In this document: positions 1 through 9,532 of the stretch, in pieces
How the letters are laid out: each line of letters begins with the position of its first letter
Numbering within the stretch: the stretch's first letter is position 1
NCBI GenBank assembly: GCA_945876945.1
Contig: CAMCQE010000001.1
Location: 18,566 to 82,565 of the forward strand
Length of the DNA stretch: 64,000 bases
Source: Klebsiella pneumoniae
GTDB taxonomy: Bacteria > Pseudomonadota > Gammaproteobacteria > Ga0077536
Direction: 5' to 3'
Notes under the pieces: model-generated
Told to the model about the DNA's origin: nothing
Database searches by the model: none
What the model saw: only the letters and a program-made list of their open reading frames with translations
Made by a program: the position numbers and the translations under genes

Positions 1-1
1 C

Positions 2-961
2 TCAGTCCTGAGGCCCCAGGCGGGCGAGGATGGCGTCCATCAGCTGCTCACCGATTTTTACCCCGAATTGCGCTTCGAGTTCGCGCGCGCAGGTGGGGCT
101 GGTGACGTTGATTTCGGTCAGGTAGTCACCAATCACGTCGAGCCCCACGAACAAGAGCCCGCGGGCGCGGAGTTCGGGGGCCACACGGGCGCAGATTTCG
201 CGGTCGCGTGCGGTGAGCGGTCGGCCTTCGCCACGCCCGCCGGCGGCCAGATTCCCGCGCAGTTCGCCGGCGGCCGGAATGCGCGCCAGCGCGTAAGGCA
301 CCGGCTCGCCGTCCACGATCAGAATGCGTTTATCGCCATCGAGAATGGCCCGCAGATAGCGCTGCGCCATGCAGAAGCGGGTCTCGTGCGCGGTCAGGGT
401 TTCCATGATGACGCTGGCGTTGGGGTCGCCCAGCTTGACCCGGAAGATGGAGGCGCCGCCCATGCCGTCCAGCGGCTTCAACACGATGTCTTCGTGCTCG
501 GCCAGGAACTCGCGAATGTTGTCCATCCGGCGGGAGACCAGCGTGGGCGGGCACACATCGGCGAACCAGGCGGTGAAGAGTTTTTCGTTGGCGTCGCGCA
601 GGCTGCGCGGATCGTTGACCACCAGCGTGCCGCGGGCTTGCGCGCGCTCCAGCAGATAGGTGGCAAAAATGTATTCGGTGTCGAAGGGCGGATCCTTACG
701 CATCAGGATCACGTCGAGCTCGGTCAGTGGCTTGCGCACGGGCTCGCCGGTAAAGTCGTGCCAGTGGGTGTAGGAGTCGTGCACGGTGAGCGGCTTCATA
801 TGCGCCATCGCCGCGCCGTCGCGCAGCGTGAGGTCGGCGAGCTCCATGTAGTAGAGCTCGAAACCCTTGGCCTGCGCCGCGAGCAACAGACCCAGCGTGG
901 TGTCTTTCTTCGGATTGATCCCCGTGATCGGATCCATGATGACGCCGAGTTTTAATGTCAT
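2..961 (-). CDS. gshB: Glutathione synthetase (ATP-grasp). Start taken at MTLKLGVIMDP; the ORF track extends 16 codons further upstream.
   Basis: Full-length similarity to GshB (MKLGVIMDPI...; C-terminal ATP-grasp). Internal M chosen because it matches the family N-terminus. Confidence 0.9.
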   Translation of the reverse strand: MTLKLGVIMDPITGINPKKDTTLGLLLAAQAKGFELYYMELADLTLRDGAAMAHMKPLTVHDSYTHWHDFTGEPVRKPLTELDVILMRKDPPFDTEYIFATYLLERAQARGTLVVNDPRSLRDANEKLFTAWFADVCPPTLVSRRMDNIREFLAEHEDIVLKPLDGMGGASIFRVKLGDPNASVIMETLTAHETRFCMAQRYLRAILDGDKRILIVDGEPVPYALARIPAAGELRGNLAAGGRGEGRPLTARDREICARVAPELRARGLLFVGLDVIGDYLTEINVTSPTCARELEAQFGVKIGEQLMDAILARLGPQD

Positions 962-1049
962 GGTGCTGATGCTTTCCGGTTGCCGTGGCAGTGGGCGGCA
1001 CCTTAGCATACGCGCCGTTTTGAGCTGAACCCGCCGTCACGAGGTCCGC

Positions 1050-1991
1050 ATGACGACACCGTCGCACCCTTCCCTCGTTCGCATCGCGACCCGCGGCAGC
1101 CTGCTCGCGCTGTGGCAGGCAGAACACGTCAAGGCGCGGCTGCTCGCCGCCCATCCCGAACTCCAGATCGAACTGCTGGTAATCAAAACCGCCGGCGACC
1201 GCATTCTCGATACCCCGCTGGCCAAAATTGGCGGCAAGGGCCTGTTCATCAAAGAACTGGAGCAGGCGATGCTCGCCGGCGAGGCCGACCTCGCCGTGCA
1301 TTCCATGAAAGATGTGCCGGTGGAACTACCGCCAGAACTGCATATTCCCGTGGTGCTGGAACGCGAAGACCCGCGCGACTGCCTGCTGTCCAGCCACGCC
1401 GGCGGCCTGCAAGGTCTGCCGCAGGGCGCGATTGTGGGCACGTCGAGCCTGCGCCGACGCAGCCAGCTGCTGGCACTCCGGCCGGACCTTGAACTGCGCG
1501 ACCTGCGCGGCAACGTCACCACCCGGCTCGAGAAGCTCGCGCGCGGCGAATTCGACGGCATTGTGCTGGCCCTCGCTGGCTTGAAGCGCCTGGGCCTGAC
1601 CCAGGGCGTGAGCGCCGCGTTTGAACCGGCGGAGATGCTGCCCGCGATCGCCCAAGGCGTGATTGGCATTGAATGCCGACGCGGTGACGCGCGCATCGAG
1701 GGCCTCATTGCCGGCCTGAATGACGCGAACGCCAGCGCCGTAGTCGCCGCCGAGCGCGCTTTGAACGCGCGCTTGCAGGGCGGGTGTCAGGTGCCAATCG
1801 CAGGTCACGCCACCCTCGCCGGTGACCAGCTGGAAGTGCGCGGGCTGGTGGCCAGCCTCGATGGTTTGAAAACCCTGCACGCGACCCGCCGCGGCCCCCG
1901 CGCCGAGGCCCATGCGCTGGGCGTGGCGGTCGCAGAAGCCTTGCTGGCCGATGGCGCAGGCGAACTGCTGGCGGCCATTGGCGCCCATTGA
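1050..1991 (+). CDS. hemC: Porphobilinogen deaminase (hydroxymethylbilane synthase)
   Basis: Conserved HemC N-terminus (RIATRGSLLALWQAEHV...) and dipyrromethane cofactor region. Followed by hemD/X/Y. Confidence 0.95.
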   Translation: MTTPSHPSLVRIATRGSLLALWQAEHVKARLLAAHPELQIELLVIKTAGDRILDTPLAKIGGKGLFIKELEQAMLAGEADLAVHSMKDVPVELPPELHIPVVLEREDPRDCLLSSHAGGLQGLPQGAIVGTSSLRRRSQLLALRPDLELRDLRGNVTTRLEKLARGEFDGIVLALAGLKRLGLTQGVSAAFEPAEMLPAIAQGVIGIECRRGDARIEGLIAGLNDANASAVVAAERALNARLQGGCQVPIAGHATLAGDQLEVRGLVASLDGLKTLHATRRGPRAEAHALGVAVAEALLADGAGELLAAIGAH

Positions 1992-2031
1992 TGAGCGCGC
2001 CGCACGCTCGCCTACCCTGGAAGCTCGTCGC

Positions 2032-2832
2032 ATGAGCGGCGGCGGGCAGGCCCGCAGCCTTGAGGGCTACTCGATTCTCGTTACCCGGCCGGCGGAGCAG
2101 GCGCAAACGCTGCTGAACGCCATCGCTGAACGGGGCGGCAAGGCCATCTTCGCGCCGATGATCGTGATTCAGGGTCGCGGGCAGGAGCCGGCGCCGCGCG
2201 CGCTCATCGCGCGGCTGGCCGACTATCAGGTAGTCATTTTTGTGAGTCGCAACGCCGCTGAATTCGGGGTTCGACTGATCAACGAGGCCGGCCAGTCACT
2301 GGCCCACTGCACGGTTTACGCGGTCGGTGGCGGCAGTGAGTCCCAGTTAAAGGGGCTGGGCGTGGCCGGGGTCATCAGCCCGCCCACCGACTTCACCAGC
2401 GAAGGCTTACTCAAACTGCCGGGCCTCGCCGGCAGCGCGATTGCCGGTAAACGGGTCTTAATCGTGCGTGGCGTTGGGGGGCGCGAACTGCTCGCCCAAA
2501 AACTGCTACAGCGCGGCGCGACGGTCGATTACTGTGAGGTCTATGCGCGCACGCCGCCGGTTGAACCCTTGGCCGACATCCTGCGCGCCCACGGGGTCGA
2601 GCAGCCAGACCTTGGGCTTATCACCAGTCTCGAGTCGCTGACCCATCTGGCAGCGCAAATCGACCAGGAGAACCTCGACATGCTCTACACCATGCCCCTG
2701 CTGGTCGCGGGCGCCCGCACCGCGCAGGAAGTGGAACGCCTCGGCTTCAGCCGCGAACCCGTGGTGGTCGAGAGCCCGGCCGACGCCAGCCTGCTGAACG
2801 CCATCGAGCGCTGGGTGGCCGATGAACGATAA
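2032..2832 (+). CDS. hemD: Uroporphyrinogen-III synthase. Start placed at MSGGGQ rather than the overlapping upstream MRWAW.
   Basis: HemD-like sequence, position between hemC and hemX. The upstream 40 codons would overlap the hemC 3' end. Confidence 0.8.
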   Translation: MSGGGQARSLEGYSILVTRPAEQAQTLLNAIAERGGKAIFAPMIVIQGRGQEPAPRALIARLADYQVVIFVSRNAAEFGVRLINEAGQSLAHCTVYAVGGGSESQLKGLGVAGVISPPTDFTSEGLLKLPGLAGSAIAGKRVLIVRGVGGRELLAQKLLQRGATVDYCEVYARTPPVEPLADILRAHGVEQPDLGLITSLESLTHLAAQIDQENLDMLYTMPLLVAGARTAQEVERLGFSREPVVVESPADASLLNAIERWVADER

Positions 2833-3853
2833 CGCAGCCCTCACCCCGCCCGCCGCGCCGCGCAAGTCGCGCCGGTGGCTGCTACTCCTGCCGGTGATTG
2901 CCGCAGGCGCCGGCGGCTTCGTGCTCTGGCAGCGCGCGACCGACACCGCCGATGCCAAGGTCGCGGCGCTGGAGGCGGAAGTGAGCCAACTCGCGCAAGC
3001 CAAGGCATTCGCGCAGAACGCACTGGCGGACGCCCAGACTGCCTTGAGTACTCACCGCGACGCTGCCGCGCGTATGGAAGAGCGCTTCAGTGCGCTGGAC
3101 GCCAAACTCACCGCGCTCGCCGCCGCGCAGGCTGCTCAGGCCGCGCTGCCCAAAGTCAATGGCAACGTCTTCGCGCGGCTGGCGCTGAATGATGCCACCG
3201 CCCTGATCGGGCTCGCCGAACAACGTTTGCAACTGGCCCGCGACATCGCCGGCGCCAGCGCTGCGCTCAATCTGGCGCGCGCGAGGCTGTCGACGCCTGA
3301 CTCAGCCTTAAGCGTGGCGATTGCCCGCGACCTCGCGCAACTCGGCGCGTTTCATGACGCCGACCTCGCCGGCATGGCGAGCAGCTTCGGCGAACTGGCC
3401 CGCGCCAGTCGCGGGTGGCCGGTCGCGGCGCTCCCGACCACGCCGTCGACCGCGCCGGAAGATGCGACACCGGTTGCAGGCCAGACCATCGGCTGGCGCA
3501 GCGTGCTCGAGGCCATCTGGCATGACCTGCGCTCGCTGGTCGAGATTCGGAAGCTCGGTAGCAGCACCGACCCCTTGCTCGACCCGCTGCACGCCAGCAT
3601 CGCCCGCGAGCGCCTGCGTCTGAGCCTCGAAGCCGCCCGCTTAGCCGTGCTCGCGCGCGACATGACCACCCGCGACGAAGCCCTGCAGGCGGCGCAAACC
3701 GCGATCACCGAAGGCTTCGATCCCGCCGCCCCCGAAGTGCAGGACGCGACCCGGCGGCTCGCGAGTCTGATGGGGCTAGATCTCAAGCCTGATCTGCCGA
3801 GCCTTGGCGCACCAGACGCCGCCACCGCTGCACGGGCCGAGGCCGCGCTTTGA
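2822..3853 (+). CDS. hemX: HemX-like membrane protein (misnamed uroporphyrinogen-III C-methyltransferase family), Ala/Gln-rich coiled coil
   Basis: N-terminal TM helix then A/Q-rich low-complexity region. Synteny hemC-hemD-hemX-hemY; start overlaps hemD stop. Confidence 0.75.
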   Translation: MNDNAALTPPAAPRKSRRWLLLLPVIAAGAGGFVLWQRATDTADAKVAALEAEVSQLAQAKAFAQNALADAQTALSTHRDAAARMEERFSALDAKLTALAAAQAAQAALPKVNGNVFARLALNDATALIGLAEQRLQLARDIAGASAALNLARARLSTPDSALSVAIARDLAQLGAFHDADLAGMASSFGELARASRGWPVAALPTTPSTAPEDATPVAGQTIGWRSVLEAIWHDLRSLVEIRKLGSSTDPLLDPLHASIARERLRLSLEAARLAVLARDMTTRDEALQAAQTAITEGFDPAAPEVQDATRRLASLMGLDLKPDLPSLGAPDAATAARAEAAL

Positions 3854-5067
3854 AGTTCCTGCTGCTGGCACTGGCCGCGCTGATCGGGGCGGTAGGCTTG
3901 GGTCAGCTAATTGCCGCCCATCCGGGCGTGGTCGCCATTAGCGTTGACGGCACCTCGCTACGGCTCAGTCTCAGCCTGTTTGTGGTGGTCTCGGTAGTGG
4001 GCGCCTTGCTGCTGAGCTGGCTGCTGCGTCAGGCCTGGCGCTTGCTCACCATTCGTTCCCGCTTCCGGCGCTGGCGACAGGCGCGGGCGCGCCGCTTGGC
4101 CGGTGAGCGGCTGGAATCCGGCTTGCTGGCGCTGGTGGCCGGCGACTATCCGCGGGCCGAACGCCTGCTCGGCCGTGGCGGTGAGCGTTCCACCCTGCAA
4201 TATCTGGCGGCGGCGCAGGCGGCCCACGCGCAACAGGCCAGCGGACGACGCGACGCGCTGTTGGCGCTGGCCACCGGCGGCACCAAAGAATCCGCGCTCG
4301 CGCTGGGCATCCGACGGACGGAGATGCTGTTGGACGACGGCGATTTGGTCGCCGCCGACGCGGCGCTCGCGCCCCTGCTGGTCCGTCACGGCGAGCAGCC
4401 TCAGGTCTTGCTGCTGCGCCAGCGGCTGCTCACCCTGCAGGGTCGATTTGCCGATCTGCAGTCGCTCTTGCCCCTGCTCCGCAAACGCAAGGTGCATCCG
4501 CCGGCGCGACTCGATGAACTGGAGACCGAGCTGGCGATGCGCCGGCTCGAAGCCGTGGCCAGCGTGCCGGCGGAGCTGGCCCGCGTGTGGTCAGGGCTGG
4601 CGCGGCGGCTGCGCGAGAACCCGGCCATCGTTGCCGTTTACGCCCGCGCCCTGCTCAAGGCGGGGAGTCAGGCCGGCGCGGAAGAAGTGCTGCGCAAGGC
4701 GCTCAGCACCCAATGGCACGCGCGACTCATCGCCCTCTACGGCGAGCTGGACGGCAATGAAGTGCGCGGCGCGCTGACGCGGGCCGAACGCTGGCTGGAA
4801 CAGCATCAGGAAGATCCGGCGCTGCTGCTCAGCCTCGGCCGCTTGTGTCTTTCACAGCAACTGTGGGGCAAGGCGCGGGCCTATCTCGAAACCTTGAGCA
4901 GGCTGGCCCCCTCGCCGCTGGTCTGGCGGCTGCTGGCCGACGCCTGCGATGAATTGGGCGACACCCGGCTGGCCCAACAGTACCGTCAGCGCGGGCTGGA
5001 ACACGCCACGGCGGCCGCCCTCGGCCGCGAACCGCCGCTCCTACAGCTGGGCGGCGTGCTGGATTAG
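3850..5067 (+). CDS. hemY: HemY-like TPR membrane protein
   Basis: Two N-terminal TM helices followed by TPR-like repeats. ATGA-type overlap with hemX; conserved hem-operon position. Confidence 0.8.
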   Translation: MKFLLLALAALIGAVGLGQLIAAHPGVVAISVDGTSLRLSLSLFVVVSVVGALLLSWLLRQAWRLLTIRSRFRRWRQARARRLAGERLESGLLALVAGDYPRAERLLGRGGERSTLQYLAAAQAAHAQQASGRRDALLALATGGTKESALALGIRRTEMLLDDGDLVAADAALAPLLVRHGEQPQVLLLRQRLLTLQGRFADLQSLLPLLRKRKVHPPARLDELETELAMRRLEAVASVPAELARVWSGLARRLRENPAIVAVYARALLKAGSQAGAEEVLRKALSTQWHARLIALYGELDGNEVRGALTRAERWLEQHQEDPALLLSLGRLCLSQQLWGKARAYLETLSRLAPSPLVWRLLADACDELGDTRLAQQYRQRGLEHATAAALGREPPLLQLGGVLD

Positions 5068-5951
5068 CACCCGGCGCGGATCTGGTTGCGGCGCTCGATC
5101 AGACGCCCGATCGCCGGCGCTAACAGCAACTCCATCGCGAAGACGTTCTTGCCCGCCGGCACCACCAGCGTATCCGGCCGCGACATGAACGAGCCCTGCA
5201 ACATCTCCAGCAGGGCGCGGAAATCGGGTTTTAACTTCTGCAGATTGGCAATCTGGATCACCACCATGCTTTCGTCGTTGGTGGGGATCTCGCTGGCGGT
5301 GAAGGGGTTGGAGGTATCGATAGTCGGAATGCGCTGGAAGTTGATGTCCGTGCGCGAGAACTGCGGGCAGATGTAGTGCACGTAGTCGGGCATGCGGCGG
5401 AGGATCATCTGCGTAGCGGTTTCGGCGCTGTAGCCGCGCACGGCGCGGTCGCGATGAATTTTCTGGATCCACTCGAGATTGATGATCGGCACCACGCCAA
5501 TCAGCAGGTCGACGTGGTGAGCCACGTTGTGGTCTGCGGTCACCAGGCCGCCGTGCAGGCCCTCGTAGAACAGCAAATCGGAGTGCTCGGGCAGCGCTTC
5601 CCAGGCGGTGAAAGTGCCGGGCTCGCCGCCGTGCTCGAGCGCGTCTTCGGGTGTGTGCAGATAGCGCCGCCGCCGACCGGTGCCGGTGTCGCCATAGCCC
5701 CTGAAGAGGTCAACGAGTTCGTCAAACAGATTGCCGTCTGGCCCGAAGTGGGTGAGCGTGCGGCCGGCCTGCGCCGCGAGCTCCACTTCGCGGGCCATGC
5801 GGGCGCGATCGTGGCGATGCAGGCTATCGCCTTCGATCCACGCCGCGCTGAGGCGCTGACGCTGAAAAATATGCTCAAACGCGGTGGTGACGCTGGAAGT
5901 ACCAGCGCCGGACGAGCCGGTCACCGCAACGATTGGATGTTTTTCACTCAT
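5064..5951 (-). CDS. prk: Phosphoribulokinase (Calvin cycle)
   Basis: MSEKHPIVAVTGSSGAGTSS P-loop N-terminus and full-length PRK (cbbP) similarity. ORF-track upstream extension rejected. Confidence 0.9.
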   Translation of the reverse strand: MSEKHPIVAVTGSSGAGTSSVTTAFEHIFQRQRLSAAWIEGDSLHRHDRARMAREVELAAQAGRTLTHFGPDGNLFDELVDLFRGYGDTGTGRRRRYLHTPEDALEHGGEPGTFTAWEALPEHSDLLFYEGLHGGLVTADHNVAHHVDLLIGVVPIINLEWIQKIHRDRAVRGYSAETATQMILRRMPDYVHYICPQFSRTDINFQRIPTIDTSNPFTASEIPTNDESMVVIQIANLQKLKPDFRALLEMLQGSFMSRPDTLVVPAGKNVFAMELLLAPAIGRLIERRNQIRAGC

Positions 5952-6030
5952 GGGCGGGAAGCCTCTCGGTATCGCTTGCGCCGGCCTATCGCGGGGTGCA
6001 AACCGGCAGGGCCTTCGGCATAGTAGCGCG

Positions 6031-7782
6031 ATGGATCCTGCGACCGACAGCACCCGGCTGTACCTACGACTTCTCAGCTACCTCAAACCCCATCGGGCGA
6101 TCTTTATGGGGTCTCTGGTCGGCATGGTGGCGCTGGGTTCGACCGAATGGATGCTGCCGGCCTTCCTGCGCTATCTCGTCGATCACGAATTTGGCACCGA
6201 CCGCGGCCTGAGCGTGTTGCTAATCCCGCTCGCACTAACCGTCTTGCTGGCGGTGCGCGGCGGCCTGAGCTACGTGTCCACAGTGGGACTCGCCGCGGTC
6301 GCCCAGCGGGTGATGATGGATATCCGGCGTCAGATGTTCAGCTCACTGATTAGCCTGCCCGCCCGCTTTTATGACCAGCGAGCAGCCGGCGAGTTGATGT
6401 CCAAGTTCACTTTCGATGTTACCCAGGTCGCGCAGGCCACCACGCAAGTGCTAACGGTGCTGGTCAGAGACACCGTGCTGCTGGTCGCGCTCTTCGGCTA
6501 CATGCTTTACACGAACTGGCGGCTGGCGATCTTCATGCTGGTGATGGGGCCGTTTATCGCGCTCCTCGTCAGCCGCGTCTCGCAACGCCTGCGTCGCAGC
6601 AGTCGCCGCCTGCAGGACTCGATGGGCGAAATTACCATCGTCACCGAGGAAGCCATCGGCGGGCATCGCGACGTCAAAGTCTTCGGCGGTCAGGCGTATG
6701 AGACCGAGCGCTTCGGGCGCGCCATCAACAACGCCCGCAAACTGCAGATGAAAGTCATCGGTACCGCCGCCGGCACCGAGCCCTCGCTGCAGGTGATCGT
6801 GGCGATTGGGCTGGGCGCGATGATGGCGTTTGCCTTGAAGGAAGCGGCTGCCGGCGAACTCTCACGAGGGGATTTCGTCTCGTTCGTGGCGGCGACCGCC
6901 ATGCTGCTGTCGCCGATCAGACGGGTGACCGGCGTCAATGAACATCTGCAGCGCGGCCTCGCTGCGAGCGAAAGCTTTTTCTCACTGATGGACGAAATCC
7001 CGGAAACCGGCGGCACTGCCCAGCTGCCAAACGCTGTGCGGGGTGCGATTCGTTTTGAGCAAGTGAATTTCGCCTACGACGACCGGCTGATTCTGAGCGA
7101 CCTTAATCTTGAGATCGCCGCCGGCGAATCGGTGGCGCTGGTGGGCGCTTCGGGCGGCGGCAAAACCAGTCTGGTGAATCTGGTGCCGCGCTTTTATGTC
7201 CCACAGTCAGGGCGCATCTTCATCGACGATATCCCCATCGATACGCTGGATTTGGCCGCCTTGCGCGAGGCGATTGCCTACGTCGGTCAGCAGGTGGTGC
7301 TGTTCAACGACACCATCGCCCACAACATCGCCTATGGCAGCCTGCGGGCCAAATCAGAGGCCGAGATTGCCGCCGCCGCCGAGGCCGCCTTCGTGACCGA
7401 ATTCGTGCAGGCCCTGCCGCGTGGCTTCGAGACCGTGATCGGCGACGATGGCCTGCGCCTCTCCGGCGGTCAGCGCCAGCGGCTGGCGATTGCGCGCGCG
7501 CTGCTGAAAGACGCGCCGATTCTGATTCTGGATGAAGCGACCTCCGCGCTCGACGCGGAATCGGAGCGCCGCATCCAGCAGGCACTCGGCGTGCTGCGCA
7601 AGGGCCGCACCTGCCTTATCGTGGCCCACCGGCTCTCGACCATCGAAGCCTGCGACCGCATCGTGGTCATTGAGCACGGCCGCATCGTCGAGCAGGGCTC
7701 GCATCAACAGCTCATCGCCGCCGGCGGGAGCTATGCCCGGCTGCACCGACTGCAGCGCGAGGGCGGGGACGCATTGTCCTGA
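6031..7782 (+). CDS. msbA: Lipid A export ABC transporter, fused permease/ATPase
   Basis: Six-TM domain followed by Walker A (GASGGGKTS), ABC signature (LSGGQRQR) and Walker B (ILILDEATSALD). Start at MDPATD. Confidence 0.85.
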   Translation: MDPATDSTRLYLRLLSYLKPHRAIFMGSLVGMVALGSTEWMLPAFLRYLVDHEFGTDRGLSVLLIPLALTVLLAVRGGLSYVSTVGLAAVAQRVMMDIRRQMFSSLISLPARFYDQRAAGELMSKFTFDVTQVAQATTQVLTVLVRDTVLLVALFGYMLYTNWRLAIFMLVMGPFIALLVSRVSQRLRRSSRRLQDSMGEITIVTEEAIGGHRDVKVFGGQAYETERFGRAINNARKLQMKVIGTAAGTEPSLQVIVAIGLGAMMAFALKEAAAGELSRGDFVSFVAATAMLLSPIRRVTGVNEHLQRGLAASESFFSLMDEIPETGGTAQLPNAVRGAIRFEQVNFAYDDRLILSDLNLEIAAGESVALVGASGGGKTSLVNLVPRFYVPQSGRIFIDDIPIDTLDLAALREAIAYVGQQVVLFNDTIAHNIAYGSLRAKSEAEIAAAAEAAFVTEFVQALPRGFETVIGDDGLRLSGGQRQRLAIARALLKDAPILILDEATSALDAESERRIQQALGVLRKGRTCLIVAHRLSTIEACDRIVVIEHGRIVEQGSHQQLIAAGGSYARLHRLQREGGDALS

Positions 7783-7955
7783 GCGGGGCGGCAGCGCGTC
7801 CGGCTGCGACGGGTTTCGTCGCGGGAAGTTCACTGGGCGCACAGAGACTCGGCGCGGCATCTATCGCTCCGCCCACTGATACGCCGGGCCCGCAACCGTG
7901 CAGGCTCTGGCGCACCAGCCCTATCACACCGAAGCTACTTTTCAGGAGTCGTCGC

Positions 7956-9302
7956 ATGCTTGTTCAACAGTCCAAACAGTCCTTGAAGCGGCTCATTGCC
8001 GGCTTCGCACTCGGTGCAGTGATGGCTACCGCCGGCAGCGCGGCGTATGCCATTAACGACCCGGTAGTCTTCTCTTTCGCCACGGTCGGCGATAATCGCC
8101 AAGACCCGGATGGGCCGGATTCCAGCCAGCTGCTCCCACCGAACTCGGCCGGCGGCAAACTGCTGACCCAGGACAAACTCTGGCTGCAAAACTCCAAGGC
8201 TTGGGGCCGCATCCTGCGCTCGGTTCAGGCCCAGAAGCCGAAGATGTTCTTCATCAATGGCGACATGGTCATGGGCTACCGCAACCCCGTCGTGCCGGCG
8301 AGTTGGTCAAGCGCCGCACCCACCCTGAGCCAGGTGGTGAACTCCGATATCACCCAACTCTATGTGCAGTACGCGTTCTGGCGCGGCATGGTCGTCAACG
8401 CGATGGAAACCGGCACCTACATCATGCCCGTGCCCGGCAACCACGAAGTCCAGTGCAAGACCACGATCAGCCAAAACGGCGTTGCGTGCCCGAACGGCAA
8501 CAAACAGGCGACTGTGGACAACGAAAAGGCCTTTCGCGCGAATATGGGCGACCTGATTGGCGACCTCACCACCAACCAGCGCTTTAGAAGCATCGTCGGT
8601 AAGGCTGCCACCAATGTGCGCGGCCTGACTCCTGCCACGGCGCCGCTGGCCGCCGACACCGTCGGTGGCACCGACCAGTCCTACCTCAGCTACTCGTTCG
8701 ATATTGAAACCAACGGCGCGATTCTGCATTTCGCCGTCATCAATACCGACCCGACCGGTAACGACGGCCACGCGCCGACCAACTGGTTGACGAGCGACTT
8801 CAGTGCCGCCGCTGCCCGTGGCCTGAGCGCGATGAAGCCGGTGAAGTACTTCGTGTTCGGCCACAAGATGGCGTTCACGTACAACTATCAGGCGAGTGGC
8901 GCGATTGAAGCCGGCGGTCTGGATACCGACACCACGTCCCGCAACAACTTCTGGCGCTTGATAGCGCAGTACAACGCGGCCTATTTCTGCGGCCACGAAC
9001 ACGTGACCCATCTCGAACAGTATGCAGACCCGACCAGTACCTACACCGCCAAGAACCCCTGGCAGGTGCTGGTGGGCGCCGGCGGTTCGCCGTTCGACGC
9101 CTTTCGCGCGTGCACGTACGACGCTAACGGCGTAGCGACCTCGTGCTCGGCGGCACCCGCTACTGCCGGAACCAAAGACCGCTGGTACGGCTGGGCTTTG
9201 GTGAAAATCCGTCAGAGCGGCGCGGTGGACCTTGAGCTCTACGGCTTCAGCGACAGCTTTGGCGCGACCACCAAAATCCAGACCGTCACGGACTTCCAGT
9301 AA
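7956..9302 (+). CDS. Secreted calcineurin-like metallophosphoesterase
   Basis: Signal peptide (…AGSAAYA). Metallophosphatase motifs GDNRQD, NGDMVMG, GNHE, GHKM, GHEH. Lower-GC codon usage than neighbours. Confidence 0.7.
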   Translation: MLVQQSKQSLKRLIAGFALGAVMATAGSAAYAINDPVVFSFATVGDNRQDPDGPDSSQLLPPNSAGGKLLTQDKLWLQNSKAWGRILRSVQAQKPKMFFINGDMVMGYRNPVVPASWSSAAPTLSQVVNSDITQLYVQYAFWRGMVVNAMETGTYIMPVPGNHEVQCKTTISQNGVACPNGNKQATVDNEKAFRANMGDLIGDLTTNQRFRSIVGKAATNVRGLTPATAPLAADTVGGTDQSYLSYSFDIETNGAILHFAVINTDPTGNDGHAPTNWLTSDFSAAAARGLSAMKPVKYFVFGHKMAFTYNYQASGAIEAGGLDTDTTSRNNFWRLIAQYNAAYFCGHEHVTHLEQYADPTSTYTAKNPWQVLVGAGGSPFDAFRACTYDANGVATSCSAAPATAGTKDRWYGWALVKIRQSGAVDLELYGFSDSFGATTKIQTVTDFQ

Positions 9303-9400
9303 GGTAAGGCCGACAAGGAATTCCCTCCCGGGCGTTATTGCCGGCCCCTCGCGCAAGCGAGAGGGCCGCAGGGTGCAGGGAATTTGCTGGAGACACCGAA

Positions 9401-9428
9401 AGGCCGCCGCAATGCGGCCTTTTTTATT
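9401..9428 (+). terminator. Rho-independent terminator after the phosphoesterase gene
   Basis: aggccgc-cgcaat-gcggcct hairpin followed by TTTTTTATT. Confidence 0.65.
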
Positions 9429-9532
9429 CCGCCCTGACCCGCCGTAAAACTAAAGACATTCGGATGACAAACGCCTAAATTACGGCCACCGATAGCGCAA
9501 TCGGGCGATTAAAAACATTTTGGGGACTCGTC

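Noticed and set aside
68-955. 295-aa plus-strand ORF antisense to gshB
   Set aside because: Open frame typical of high-GC antisense strands. No start context or family similarity. gshB on the minus strand is unambiguous.
1912-2031. Upstream MRWAW start for hemD giving 80-nt overlap with hemC
   Set aside because: Extension has no HemD similarity and overlaps the conserved hemC C-terminus. MSGGGQ start fits the family N-terminus.
1037-2033. Minus-strand ORFs (223 aa, 235 aa) overlapping hemC
   Set aside because: Arg/Ser/Pro-rich low-complexity translations antisense to the conserved hemC gene.
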